From contig OX597841.1 of the NCBI GenBank assembly GCA_951406725.2, forward strand, positions 1,178,001 to 1,242,000: a stretch of DNA of 64,000 nucleotides, given 5' to 3'. Position numbers and translations under genes: made by a program. Within the stretch, counting starts at the first letter, position 1, and each line of letters starts with the position of its first letter. Below, piece after piece: positions 25,389-37,875 of the stretch. The notes beneath the pieces are model-generated. The model was not told the DNA's origin, did not search any database, and saw only the letters and a program-made list of their open reading frames with translations. This stretch comes from Octopus vulgaris. Taxonomy: Eukaryota.

Positions 25389-25809
25389 TTTAACAGCAGG
25401 AAAGGCTTGCATGAAAGTATGGGCCAAATGAGCAAAAATATGAAAAATAAACCCTTTTTATCTTACAGAAAATTTTTATTTACTTATTTTTACTTTAAAC
25501 ATGTATAGAACCTATGAAAATAATATTTTAATTCCCTTGGGATTATAAAAATAAAGATAAAAGGACAATGATAGAAATATTAAGTTCTTTGCTTTAATAT
25601 TCAAATTCCACCGAGGTCAACTTTACCTTCCATCCTTTCAGGGTCGATAAATTAAGTACCAGTTGCACCCGTCAAATGTGGGGCAATATGATGCAATATG
25701 TGACTGGCACCCGTGCCAGTGGCATGTAAAAAGCACCATTCAAACATTGGGCCTCATGGAGGTGGTGACAGGTGACTGAGACCTTCAGCAATATACTTTA
25801 CTTGTAAGA

Positions 25810-26020
25810 TGGCGAGCTGGCAGAAAAGTTAGTATGCTGGGCAAAATGCTTAGCAGTATTACATCTGTCTTTATGCTCTGTGTTCAAATTCTGCCGAGGT
25901 CAATTTTGCTTTTCATCCTTTTAGGGTCGATAAATTAAGTACCAGTTGCATACTGGAATTGATTTAACCAACTGGCCCCCTCTCCCGAAATTTCGGACCT
26001 TGTGCCTTGATTAGAAAATA
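25810..26020 (+). mobile_element. SINE family B
   Basis: GGCGAGCTGGCAGAA head, GTTCAAATTC B box, core, CCTTGTGCCT tail. Confidence 0.85.
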
Positions 26021-26169
26021 ATATTTTCTGTTAAAATAGGACAGCCAGCTGGCGGAAGCGTTGGCATGCCAGAAAAATTGTTTAGTGGCATTTCATTTAC
26101 ATTATTTACATTTGATGGATATTTATCCTCAGGTGTGTTTCCAAACAACTTCCCTCAGCCCAGTTTTCC

Positions 26170-26730
26170 AAACAGTAGGATCAATCTTATGGTGCATCCC
26201 AGCATGCATTCTCCACTCTTTCTCTCTCCCTTTTCTCATTATTTTTCTTCAAAGGGAGAAATGGCTGCTATTTCTAGCAGGCTAAGTAACCTCATAGAGT
26301 CTCACTCATTAGTTTCATTGTTGTTATTAATACTGTTTGCTGTTTTATTCCATCAAATCTGCCCTCATCAAGCAGATCACCTTTGCAGGCATAATGTATC
26401 CCAGCATGCATTATCCAGTTTCTGTTATTATTTTTTTCCAAATGGAGAAGTGGCTGCTATTTCTAGCAGGCTTAGTAACCTCATAGAGCCTAATTAATTA
26501 AATCTGCCCTCATCAAGCAGATCATCTTTGCAAGCATAACATATCCCAGCATGCATTATCCAGTTTCTGTTTTTTTTTTTCCAAATGGAGAAGTGGCTGC
26601 TACTTCTAGCAGGCTTAGTAACCTCATAGAGCCTAATTCATTAGCTTCAATTGCTGTTATTATTATTTCACTGTTGTTCTGTTTTGCCCTCAGGTCAGTT
26701 TTTATCAAACTGACCATCTTTGCAGACGTA
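26170..26730 (-). repeat. Degenerate tandem copies of an unclassified dispersed repeat
   Basis: GGCTGCTA(T/C)TTCTAGCAGGCT(A/T)AGTAACCTCATAGAG at about 26263, 26452 and 26594. Confidence 0.8.
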
Positions 26731-26984
26731 ATATTGATTTCAAATTTTGGCTGAGGGCCAGAAGTTTCATGGTAGAAGATAAGCCAATTACTTCGAACCC
26801 ACTGCCCATCAGGTACTCCTGTTATCGACCCTAAAAGGATGAAAGGCATAGTTGACTTCAACGGAACTTGAACCTTGAACACTTAGACCAACAAAATGCC
26901 GCGATGCATTTAGACCCTGCTTGGTAACGAATCCGTCAGCTTGCTGCCCTCTTTGCAAACATAAGATTGGTTTCAAATTATGGT

Positions 26985-27324
26985 ATACTCTCTTTTACTC
27001 TTTTACTTGTTTCAGTCATTTGACTGTGGCCATGCTGGAGCACTGCCTTTAATCAAGCAACTCGACCGCGGGACTTATTCTTTTGTAAGCCTAGTACTTA
27101 TGCTATCGGTCCCTTTTGCCGAACCGCTAAGTAACGGGGACATAAACACACCAGCATATATACGACATGCTTCTTTCAGTTTCCGTCTACCAAATCCACT
27201 CACAAGGCTTTGGTCGGCCCGAGGTTATAGCAGAAGACACTTGCCCAAGGTGCCACGCAGTGGAACAGAACCCGGAACCATGTGGTTGGTAAGCAAGCTA
27301 CTTACCACACAGCCACTCCTGCGC
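26985..27324 (-). mobile_element. SINE family A with internal deletion
   Basis: Reverse complement match to 7869-8267 lacking the microsatellite-flanking part. Confidence 0.88.
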
Positions 27325-28031
27325 CAGAAGTTTCACGACTGGGGACAGACCTATTACTTCGACCCCAGTGCGCAACTGGTACTTATTTTATCAACGCCGA
27401 AAGGATGAAAAGCAAAGTTAACCTCGACAGAAATTGATCTCATAACGTAAAGACAGTTTCGCTGGAAATTATATTGCAATGCGATGCATGCTACTTAAGC
27501 ATCTGACCACGATTGCACCGTGCAGTTGTTATATATTGTATATTGCATATAATGGACTCTGTGAGTATCATTCAGTATGTATGGTGCGCACATGATAATA
27601 GATGTACGTTTTCTTGTAAGTAGAGGTCATAAAACTAGGTCAACTGTTCGACGAGAGTAGAAATCAATATTAACAAAATATCCCAATTTATATATCAACC
27701 TACACTCCTCCACAAAGCAAATGAATTGTAACAACAACAACAACAACAGCAACAACAACAGCCACAGCAATAACAAAAGCTACGAGCTTGTCAGTGAATC
27801 TGTGTGAGGTTACTCAGCTCGCTAGAAATAGCAGGTGGAAAAACACATGCCGAGATACATAACGCCTGCAAAGATGGTCAGCTTGTTGAGGGCAGATTCG
27901 ATGGAATAAAGCCACAACAATAATATGCTAGGGAGAGAGAGTCTTTATGAGGTTACTTGGCCTGCTAGAAATAGCAGTTGCTTCTCCATTTGAAAAAAAA
28001 GGAAAGAACAAAACAAGAGAAACTAGAGAAT

Positions 28032-28443
28032 AGGCGCAGGAGTGGCTGTGTGGTAAGTAGCTTGCTTACCAACCACATGGTTCCGGGTTCAGTCCCACTG
28101 CGTGACATCTTGGGCAAGTGTCTTCTGCTATAGCCTCGGGCCGACCAATGCCTTGTGAGTGGATTTGGTAGACGGAAACTGAAAGAAGCCTGTCGTATAT
28201 ATGTATATATATGTATATGTGTGTGTATATGTTTGTGTGTCTGTGTTTGTCCCTCCAACATCGCTTGACAACCGATGCTGGTGTGTTTACGTCCCCGTCA
28301 CTTAGCGGTTTGGCAAAAGAGACCGATAGAATAAGTACTGGGCTTACAAAGAATAAGTCCCAGGGTCAATTTGCTTGACTAAAGGCGGTGCTCCAGCATG
28401 GCCGCAGTCAGATGACTGAAACAAGTAAAAGAGAGAGTAAGAG
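28032..28443 (+). mobile_element. SINE family A, full length
   Basis: Match to 7869-8267. Confidence 0.92.
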
Positions 28444-28557
28444 AAACTATAGAATGTATGCTGGGATACATTATGCCTGCAAAGATGGTCAAAAAAAATT
28501 TAAGAGCTGAGCCGAAGGTAAACCAGAACAACAGTAATAACAACATCAACAGCAATT

Positions 28558-28960
28558 AGGGGCAGGAGTGACTGTGTGGTAAGTAGCTTGTTACCAACCA
28601 CATGGTTCCGGGTTCAGTCCCTCTGTGTGACAATTTGGGCAAATGGATTCTACTATAGCTTCAGGCCAACCAAAGCCTTGTAAGTGGATTTGGTAGATGG
28701 AAACTGAAAGAATCCCATTGTAGACGTATATATGAATGCGTGTGTATATGCTTGTGTGTCTGTGTTTGTCCCTCCAACATCACTTGACAATCAATGCTAG
28801 TGTGTTTACGACCCTGTAACTTAGCTGTTCAGCAAAAGAGACCAATGGAATAAGTGCTAGGCTTAGAAAGAACAAGTCCTGGGGTCGATTTGTTCGACTA
28901 AAAGTGGTGCTCCAGCATGGCCACAGTCAAATGACTGAAACAAGTATAAATAAAAGAATA
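28558..28960 (+). mobile_element. SINE family A, full length, more diverged
   Basis: Match to 7869-8267 with more substitutions. Confidence 0.88.
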
Positions 28961-29650
28961 AAGCTAATGTGTGGGTCCCTATGGGGGTTTTTTAGCCTAA
29001 ACATTGGAGAATGCATGCTGGGATAGACCATGCTTACAACGGAAGGGGTCTACTTCATGGTAGAAGATTTCAGGGTAAACAAAAATGACAACAACAACAA
29101 CAACATGCTAATGAGTAAGTCTCTATGAGGTTAAACAGTCTGCTAGAAATAGCAGCTATTTCTCGCTTTGTAAAATGAAAGAGAAACAGTAAATGGATAT
29201 TGGTTTCAAATGTCGGCACAAGGCCAGCAGTTTCGGGTAGAAGGAGCAAGTTGACTGCATCGCACCCTTCAGTACGTGACTGGTATTTTATTTTATCAGA
29301 GTTGAAAACAATAAAAGGCAAATTCAACCGTAGTAGGATTTGAACTCAGGACGTTATAAGTTGGGAGAAATACTGCAAAGCATTTTTATCTGAAGGTCAA
29401 ATGATGCACTCTGGGATAGATAATGTCTGGAAAGAGGGTCTGCTTGAAAAGGGCCGATTTGAGGAGACATAACAACAACAGCAAGAACAAGATAATAAGT
29501 GGGTCATTATCAGGTTCATCATCTTGCTAGAAATAAAGTGTCTTGCTCAAGAACACAACACACAGCCTGGTCCGGGAATTGAACTCCCTACCTCATGATT
29601 GTCAGCCCGACGCTCTAATAACTGAGCCATGTGCCTTCACCATATGTGTG

Positions 29651-29954
29651 CGCCATCCAACCAAAATGCAAATATATGGGAAACTACCAACTGTGTCATC
29701 TCTTGTGAAAGGTAGGAGAGTCCAGTTTGCTGAGCATTGTTGTAGAGCTGAAAACGAGATAATTTCTACTCTTCTCCTCTGGAAGCCATCTGCTCGCGAT
29801 ACCAGAGGGCACACACTCTCCAACCCTGATGTAATCTCCAGGGATACAGGCATCCAGCAACAGGACCTCCGTAATGCTATGATGGACCGTGAAGTCTGGC
29901 GTAACATAGTAAATTCCATTGTCTCGACCACGGTCGAACAATGATGATGATGAT
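29651..29954 (+). mobile_element. RTE-like LINE family 2, 3' fragment
   Basis: RHPTKMQIYGKLP...VEQ* then (TGA)n; TG-rich flanks. Confidence 0.88.
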
Positions 29955-30122
29955 GTGTGCGTGCGTGTGTAGAAGACATTTGTAGGTTGTAGCACCCACT
30001 GAGATTGAGTTTGGCATCAGATATTTGGGAAGCAGGTTTCTCAGGCCAACACAGAATTTTGTAATTTGCAATTGTTTGGAATTACTATGTAGATCAGTGC
30101 AATGACATTAAGATTTGATTTC

Positions 30123-30160
<38 letters not shown>

Positions 30161-30298
30161 CTTCACAAAGATTTCGGTGATTATTATTTAAAGCAAAAAT
30201 GAATAACTTTCACAGCAAGCAGACATAAAGAATTTTGGTGCACCAGTTAGTCAATCAATCAATCAATAACCATTTATTGATTTTTATGTCTTACTATT

Positions 30299-30349
<51 letters not shown>

Positions 30350-30533
30350 TTTTTCTTCTTCTTTCAAATTTGCTTCCATTTCTTGCCGAGTGTCTTCCCG
30401 ACTCCTAGGGCAAAGAATCTCAGAGTATACATTGGTAGGCCATTAAACCAAACTCAATAGTTCGTTCATTTTTTTTTTTTCTTTTTTAAGGTTAAATTAA
30501 AATACATGGGCAGTAACAGCTCTCACAGCGACA
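30350..30533 (-). mobile_element. Short insert within (ATT)n, possible Dong/R4-type 3' end
   Basis: Unique ~185 bp flanked on both sides by (ATT)n and A-rich at the minus-strand 3' end; Dong elements target TAA repeats. Family is inferred. Confidence 0.4.
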
Positions 30534-30545
30534 TTATTATTATTA

Positions 30546-30585
<40 letters not shown>

Positions 30586-30593
30586 CATGGTTA

Positions 30594-30806
30594 AGGTGGT
30601 GAGCTGGCAGAATCGTTAGCATGCTGTGCAAAATGCTTAGCAGTATTTAGTCCGTCGTTATGTTCCGAGTTCAAATGCCACCGAGTTCGACTTTGCCTTT
30701 CATCTTTATGGGGTCATTGAATTAAGTACCAGTCAAGCACTGGGGTTGCTGTAATTAACTAGCCCTCTCCTCCAAATTTCAGGCCTTGTGCCTTTAGTAG
30801 AAAGGG
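30594..30806 (+). mobile_element. SINE family B
   Basis: Head, B box, core and GGCCTTGTGCCTTTAGTAGAAAGG tail. Confidence 0.85.
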
Positions 30807-31269
30807 TTGTTGTTGTTGTTATTATTGTTGTTATTATTATTATCATCATCATCATCATCATCATTATCATCAGTTTTTTAAAGCTCTCTTGTATATATAT
30901 ATATGTGCTAGTGTATTTATATATATGTATGTGTGTGTCTGTATGTATATACATGGCATATGTATATGTATGTGTATGGATATTCGTATGTGTATGTATG
31001 TGGGTTTGTATGTATATTTATTTTATATGTTCTTTTATGTATACTTATCTACTTCTTCCCTCCACTTAATAACAACAACAACAACAAACTGACTAAAAGC
31101 GATAGTCTTCTAATTTACCTAAAACTCAATTCTATTATTCTATTTATTCATTTATTTACTTTATCACTGATTCTTTTGACCACTCCCCTAAGAAAGACAG
31201 TTTGTGCCCTGCTTACCCCAAAAAATGTCCCCCACCAACACCCCATTAAATCTGCTTATTTTGACAGCA

Positions 31270-31320
31270 AGCTTCCTGATGATTTGATTTGAATGAAACA
31301 GTTCTAGTCCTGTAGAAGCT
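31270..31320 (+). ncRNA. Type I hammerhead ribozyme (family P1, third copy)
   Basis: AGCTTC-CTGATGA-TTTGATTTGAAT-GAAA-CAG TTCTAGTC CTG-TA-GAAGCT; stem II weak. Confidence 0.72.
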
Positions 31321-31544
31321 CCTTCTATAAAATAAATTAATTTACTCTGCTATGTATTGAGTACCTTATTTACTGTGGTTAACCCCGACTCAACCCGGGA
31401 CCTACATATATATATATATATATCATCAACATCTAATGTTCGTGTTCCATGCTGATATGGGTTGTAAGGTTTTATAGGTCTCATGGACCAAAAGGACTGC
31501 ATCGTGGTCCAGTGACTGCTTTGGCATGGCTTCTGCAACTGGAC

Positions 31545-31738
31545 ACCAGTGGCACGTAAAAAGCACCCACTACACTCTTGGAGTGGTTGGCATTAGGAAG
31601 GGCATCCAGCTGTAGGGAATCTGCCAAATCAAGATTGGAGCCTGGTGCAGCCATCTGGTTCGCCAGCCCTCAGCCAAAATCGTCCAACCCATGCTAGCAT
31701 GGAAAGCGGACGTTAAACGTTGATGATGATGATGATGA
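31545..31738 (+). mobile_element. RTE family 1 3' end
   Basis: Matches 5400-5583. Confidence 0.88.
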
Positions 31739-32695
31739 GGAGGAGGATGATGATGATGATACGGTGAGCGAACATGTGCAAACTGACACAAATTTAAGTT
31801 CCAACTGTAGGTTATAAAATGTAGGTCCATAGTTGATACATAATTTGAGAAGAAGATGGAAATAGAAGCCAACAGCAATTGAAATCAACTGTAGATAGTG
31901 CAGTGCTGCAGGCATACACAAAGTGAAAGTGAAAGTAGGAATGGTATGGCAGGATGGAGTTATAAAAGCTAGAAGATAGGCCTGAAAAGAATGGGGGAAA
32001 CGCGGAGAGGAAAGAGTGATGTTGTATCTCTGGTGGAGAAAGTGGATGTTTGGTATAGGCCTGCGAAGAGAGAGGAGTGGAAAGTAGGAGGTGAGCCAAC
32101 GCTCTGCGATGTGAGAGGGTGGAAGGTGCGGAGTGTTCCGTATTGTGGTGAGGCAAACTGTGGCAGCACAGCATAAATCAAGGTGTTACGAAGGAAAGAT
32201 GTGTGTGGAATGATGGTGGCACACTTGACATCATTAATGGCCGAGAAGAGGCATGGAAATTGTTAACGAGTGAGGAGGCTGGATGTGAAGACTATATAAG
32301 GAGAACTGGAAGATTACTCAAAGTAGACACAATAAAACAGGCCCTTGTTGAAGTATATACACTACACACACACACACATGCATGGTTATATGTGTGTGTG
32401 TACATTTTTCTTTATAAATGTATATATATATATATGTATATATATATATGTGTGTGTGTATATATATATATGTGTGTGCGTGTATATATATATATGTGTG
32501 TATATATATATATATCATCATCATCATCATCATCGTTTAACGTCGGCTTTCCATGCTAGCATGGGTTGGACGGTTCAACTGGGGTCTGGGAAGCCCGAAG
32601 GCGGCACCAGGCCAGTCAGATCTGGCGGTGTTTCTGGCCTGGTGCATATGTATATATGCATATGTATTCATATATACATTAGTATATGAATAAAC

Positions 32696-32748
<53 letters not shown>

Positions 32749-33003
32749 AAATACAAAATGGGACAAGAACGCAAAACATCCAAATAGACGATGCAAAATA
32801 CATGGACGGGTCATTCGAAGCCTTTAATCTTCAGTCAAGAACCGGATCATCCTCGCAATTTCGGAACATATGTAAATGTATATATACATCACTCTCTCCC
32901 TCTCTCTTTCTCTCATATTTATATATATATATGTGTGTATATATATGTACATGTATTTATGCTTGTATACATATTACAAATCTGTTAACGATCCACGGAA
33001 TTT

Positions 33004-34240
33004 GCTACTTCTATGAACTCGGCACCCTGTATTGAGTCCTTTCCGGTAAACAAAATCCCCCACCCTAACTAATCCCTTACTCAGTTTTCCCATTTTTCCC
33101 ATTTTCCCGTTTTCCCAATATTTCCCTTCCATTTCTGCCAAGTCTTGGAGACTGCTCTTCTATGAACTCGGCACCCTGTATTGAGTCCTTTCCAGTAAAC
33201 AAAATCCCCCACACTAAATAATCCCTTACTCAGTTTTCCCATTTTTCCCATTTTTTTCCCATTTTCCCGTTTTCCCAATATTTCCCTTCCATTTCTGCCA
33301 AGTCTTGGAGACTGCTCTTCTATGAACTCGGCACCCTGTATTGAGTCCTTTCCGGTAAACAAAATCCCCCACCCTAATCCCTTACTCAGTTTTCCCATTT
33401 TTCCCATTTTTTCCCATTTTCCCGTTTTCCCAATATTTCCCTTCCATTACTGCCAAGTCTTGGAGACTGCTCTTCTATGAACTCGGCACCCTGTATTGAG
33501 TCCTTTCCAGTAAACAAAATCCCCCACACTAACTAATCCCTTACTCAGTTTTCCCATTTTTTCCCATTTTCCCGTTTTCCCAATATTTCCCTTCCATTAC
33601 TGCCAAGTCTTGGAGACTGCTCTTCTATGAACTCGGCACCCTGTATTGAGTCCTTTCCAGTAAACAAAATCCCCCACCCTAACTAATCCCTTACTCAGTT
33701 TTCCCATTTTTCCCATTTTTTCCCGTTTTCCCAATATTTCCCTTCCATTACTGCCAAGTCTTGGAGACTGCTCTTCTATGAACTCGGCACCCTGTATTGA
33801 GTCCTTTCCAGTAAACAAAATCCCCCACCCTAACTAATCCCTTACTCAGTTTTCCCATTTTTCCCATTTTTTTCCTATTTTCCCGTTTTCCCAATATTTC
33901 CCTTCCATTTCTGCCAAGTCTTGGAGACTGCTCTTCTATGAACTCGGCACCCTGTATTGAGTCCTTTCCGGTAAACAAAATCACCCCACCCTAACTAATC
34001 CCTTACTCAGTTTTCCCATTTTTTTCCTATTTTCCCGTTTTCCCAATATTTCCCTTCCATTACTGCCAAGTCTTGGAGACTGCTCTTCTATGAACTCGGC
34101 ACCCTGTATTGAGTCCTTTCCAGTAAACAAAATCCCCCCACCCTAACTAATCCCTTACTCAGTTTTCCCATTTTTTTCCCATTTTCCCGTTTTCCCAATA
34201 TTTCCCTTCCATTTCTGCCAAGTCTTGGAGACTGCTCTTC
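33004..34240. repeat. Tandem repeat, 8 units of 149-160 bp
   Basis: TATGAACTCGGCACCCTG at 33012, 33161, 33321, 33476, 33626, 33777, 33937 and 34089; length varies in TTTTCCC subrepeats. Confidence 0.97.
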
Positions 34241-34250
34241 ATATAATCAT

Positions 34251-34287
<37 letters not shown>

Positions 34288-34622
34288 GCACCAGGAGCGA
34301 AATGTGCAACATGCATCATAATAAGTGCAGTAGCACACACCAAAAATAGCTGCTGAATAAACATTGCATTTCATTGCATTGCATATTCTGGTGCCATTAT
34401 ACGTTGGACTGATACTGCAGTCAAGTTTAGGCTAATTCAAACAGAACTGAATCTAGAGCAGTCACAGTAAGATGGGAACTGTGACAGCAATAGCAGTGTA
34501 GTAGCAGTAGTAGTAGTAGTAGTAGTAGTAGTAGTTTTTGTTGTAGTTGTTGTTGTAGTAACAGCAAAAGTGGTGGTGCTGGTGGTAGTTTATAGGTAGG
34601 TGAAAGATAATTTTTAAAGGGG

Positions 34623-34672
<50 letters not shown>

Positions 34673-34901
34673 TTTTTTTTACTACCCACAAGGGGCTAAA
34701 CACAGAGGGGACAAACAAGGACAGACAAATGGATTAAGTCGATTACATCGACCCCAGTCCGTAACTGGTACTTAATTTATCGACCCCGAAAGGATGAAAG
34801 GCAAAGTCGACCTCGATGTATAAACGATTCGTTTTATTATCCTATAAATATATATAGTTACATAAATATAAATATGTATATATATTTATATCTATCTATA
34901 T

Positions 34902-35135
34902 ACTCTTTACTCTCTTTTACTCTTGTACTTGTTTCAGTCATTTGACTGCGGCCATGCTGGAGCACCGCCTTAAATCGAGCAACTCGACCCCGGGATTTAT
35001 TCTTTTGTAAGCCCAGTACTTATTCTATCGGTCTCTTTTGCCGAACCGCTAAGTAACGGGGGGACATAAACACACCAGCATCGGTTGTCAAGCAATGCTA
35101 GGGAGACAAATACAGACACACAAACACACACATGC

Positions 35136-35180
<45 letters not shown>

Positions 35181-35341
35181 CATATATCTTTCAGTTTCCG
35201 TCTACCAAATCCACTCACAAGGCTTTGGTCGGCCCGAAGCTATAGGAGAAGACACTTGCCCAAGGTGCCACGCAGTGGGACTGAACCCGGAACCATGTGG
35301 TTGGTAAACAAGCTACTTACCAAACAGCCACTCCTGCGCCT
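34902..35341 (-). mobile_element. SINE family A, full length
   Basis: Reverse complement match. Confidence 0.92.
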
Positions 35342-35728
35342 ATCTATCTATCTATCTATCTATATATATCTATATGTGTGTGTGTATGCATGTGTGTATG
35401 TATGTATGTACACACATGTATGTATGTATGCATGTATGTTGGTTTGTATGTATTGTGACTGAGATTGTTTTAGTTGTTGTTGCTTTGTTTAACCTCTCCA
35501 CCACGACCACCACCACCATGTCAGATCTTGATTTAGCTAACATGTGATATTCAATAATTTCATACGTAGTGTATGTGTGTCTGTGTGTTTGTGAGTGCAA
35601 GAACGTTCCCGTACATACATAATACATACATACATACATATATACATCCATACATACATCCATCCATCCATGCATCTATCCATCCATACATACATACATA
35701 TCTACGTTATACACACATACATACACAC

Positions 35729-35960
35729 GGTGGTGAGCTGGCAGAAACGTTAGCACGCCGTGCGAAATGCGTAGCCGTATTTCGTCTGCCGTTACGTTCT
35801 GTGTTCAAATTCCGCCGAGGTCGACTTTGCCTTTCATCCTTTCGGGGTCAATAAATAAAGTACCAGTTTAGCACTGGTGGTCGATGTAATCGACTTAATC
35901 CCTTTGTCTGTCCTTGTTTGTCCCCTCTGTGTTTAGCCCCTTGTGGGCAGTGAAGAAATA
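35729..35960 (+). mobile_element. SINE family B (tRNA head, Meta-domain-like core), full length
   Basis: GGTGAGCTGGCAGAAACG, GTTCAAATTCC, GTCGACTTTGCCTTTCATCCTTTCGGGGTC..TAAGTACCAG, tail TTTAGCCCCTTGTGGG; Meta assignment is from memory. Confidence 0.88.
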
Positions 35961-37096
35961 TATACACGCATACATACACGCACACACACATACGTCCATC
36001 CATCAAGTCATCTAAATCTATCCATCCATCTACCCATATATAGAAGCATACATACATACACACTCATACATACTTGCTTAGTGCTATTTCATCTGCCTTT
36101 ACATTCTGGGTTCAAATTCTGCTGAGGTCAACTTTGCCTTTCATCCTTTCGGAGTCGATAAATTAAGTACCAGTTGCGTACTGGGGTCAGTCTAATCGAC
36201 TAGCTCCCTCCCCCAAAATTTCAGATCTTGTGCCTAGAGTAGAAAAAAAAAAGGGGGCAATTTATCCTTGTAATGGACTAGGGGGAGTTTACATATACTA
36301 CAGAATCTGGGAAACCAGTCCCATGAGCATATGGCTTGGGAAGGGGCCTTGATCATTTCGATACATATACATAAGCACAGGCATGGTTGTGTGGTAAGAA
36401 ACTTGCTTCTCAACCATGTGGTTCTGGGTTTAGTCCCACTGTGTGGTACCTTGGACAAGTCTCTTTAACTATGGCCTCGGGCTGACTAAAACTTTGTGAA
36501 TGGATTTAGTAAACAGAAACCTAAACGGAGCCCATCGCACATATATATATATATATATAGGTGTGTGTGTGTTTGTTTGTGTGTTTGTGTTTGTGTGTGA
36601 GTGTGTCTGTGTGTGTGCATACGTGTGTGTGTATAGGTATAACTCTCTACATGTGTGTGTCTTTCTCCCTGTGTTTGTCTTCCCCCACCATTTTGAAACT
36701 GGTGGTGGTGTGTTTGCATCCCTGTAACTTAGCTGTTTTGCAAAAGAGACCAGTAGAATAAGTACCAGGCTTTTACAAGTACGATTGTGAGACTGCGGTT
36801 TCAATTCCCGGCCTGGGTGTTGTATTGTGTTATTGAGCAAAGCGCTACATTTCATATTGCTCTGCGATCATTTCGACATCTGACATGTGGCACTAAGTCT
36901 CACCTGTACAGGTAATGTCAATCTGATGGCAGGAGCTAGCGTATATCTACACAAACATTTGATCACTATAAACAAATCATGTGTGGTTGTTTGGCAAGAA
37001 ATTGTCAAATCCTCATATATTGTCTAACGACGGGAGAGACCGTCATATATATATATATGTGTGTGTGTATGTATGTATATCTATCTATAGATATAC

Positions 37097-37262
37097 GTTG
37101 TTTCTCTCCTTGTTTTTTTCTGTGTATCATTCTGTCGAAGAGTGTAGGCTCGAAACGTAAAAGACTTTTTCTATTTCTATTCCTGAGCGCCATACTAATA
37201 CCATTGTTTGTTTGTACTCCACCTGCATTCGTCTTTTGTTTATTTTAGTAAACCTTCCTGTT
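37097..37262 (+). mobile_element. Probable Penelope-like terminal repeat (family P2)
   Basis: CTGTCGA-A-GAGT GTAG GCTC-GAAA-CG-TA-AAA. Confidence 0.6.
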
Positions 37263-37288
37263 ATATATCTATCTATATATATGTGTGT

Positions 37289-37616
37289 GTGGTAGTTTCC
37301 CATATATTTGCATTTTGGTTGGATGACGCTTCCACGAGAGATCACCTGTGTCAGCTCTTGTGAAAGGTAAGAGAGTCCAGTTTGCTGGACATTGTTGTAG
37401 AGCTGAAAACGAGGCAATTTCTACTCTTCTACTCTGGAAGCCATCTGCTCGCGATACCAGAGGGCGCACACTCTCCTACCCTGATGTAATCTCCAGGGAT
37501 ACATGCATCCAGCAACAGGACCTCCGTAATGCTATGATGGACCGTGAAGTCTGGCATAGCATGGTAAATTCCATTGTCTCGACCACGGTCGAACAATGAT
37601 GATGATGATGATGATG
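37289..37616 (+). mobile_element. RTE-like LINE family 2 with inverted 5' segment
   Basis: 37289-37342 is the reverse complement of the consensus immediately upstream of the forward part starting at 37343. Confidence 0.9.
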
Positions 37617-37875
37617 TGTGTGTGTGTGTTTTATCAATTAATCAACAGAAAGGCATTGAGCTGGTAGAATCATTAGCATACCAAGTAAATTTACATTCTG
37701 GGTTCAAATCCTGCCATGGCTATCTTTGCCTTGCATCTTTTCAGAGTTAATATAATAAGTACCAGTTGAGCACTGGGACTCAATTACTGCTTCTGAAATT
37801 GCTAGCCCCGGGCAAAAATTTGAATCCACGATTAAGATTATTTATTAAGGTGACAAGCAGGTAGAATTCTTTAAC

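Noticed and set aside
31940-32190. Ancient CR1/L2 3' coding remnant (also 3560-3760)
   Set aside because: Only faint motifs (LSHRR, LWNSLP); too weak to call without a search.
32760-32870. CTGAAGA..CGAA on the minus strand as another hammerhead
   Set aside because: GAAA and stems I and III cannot be formed convincingly; possibly a Penelope remnant only.
33004-34240. Retrozyme or telomere array
   Set aside because: No hammerhead core in the unit and only isolated TTAGGG words.
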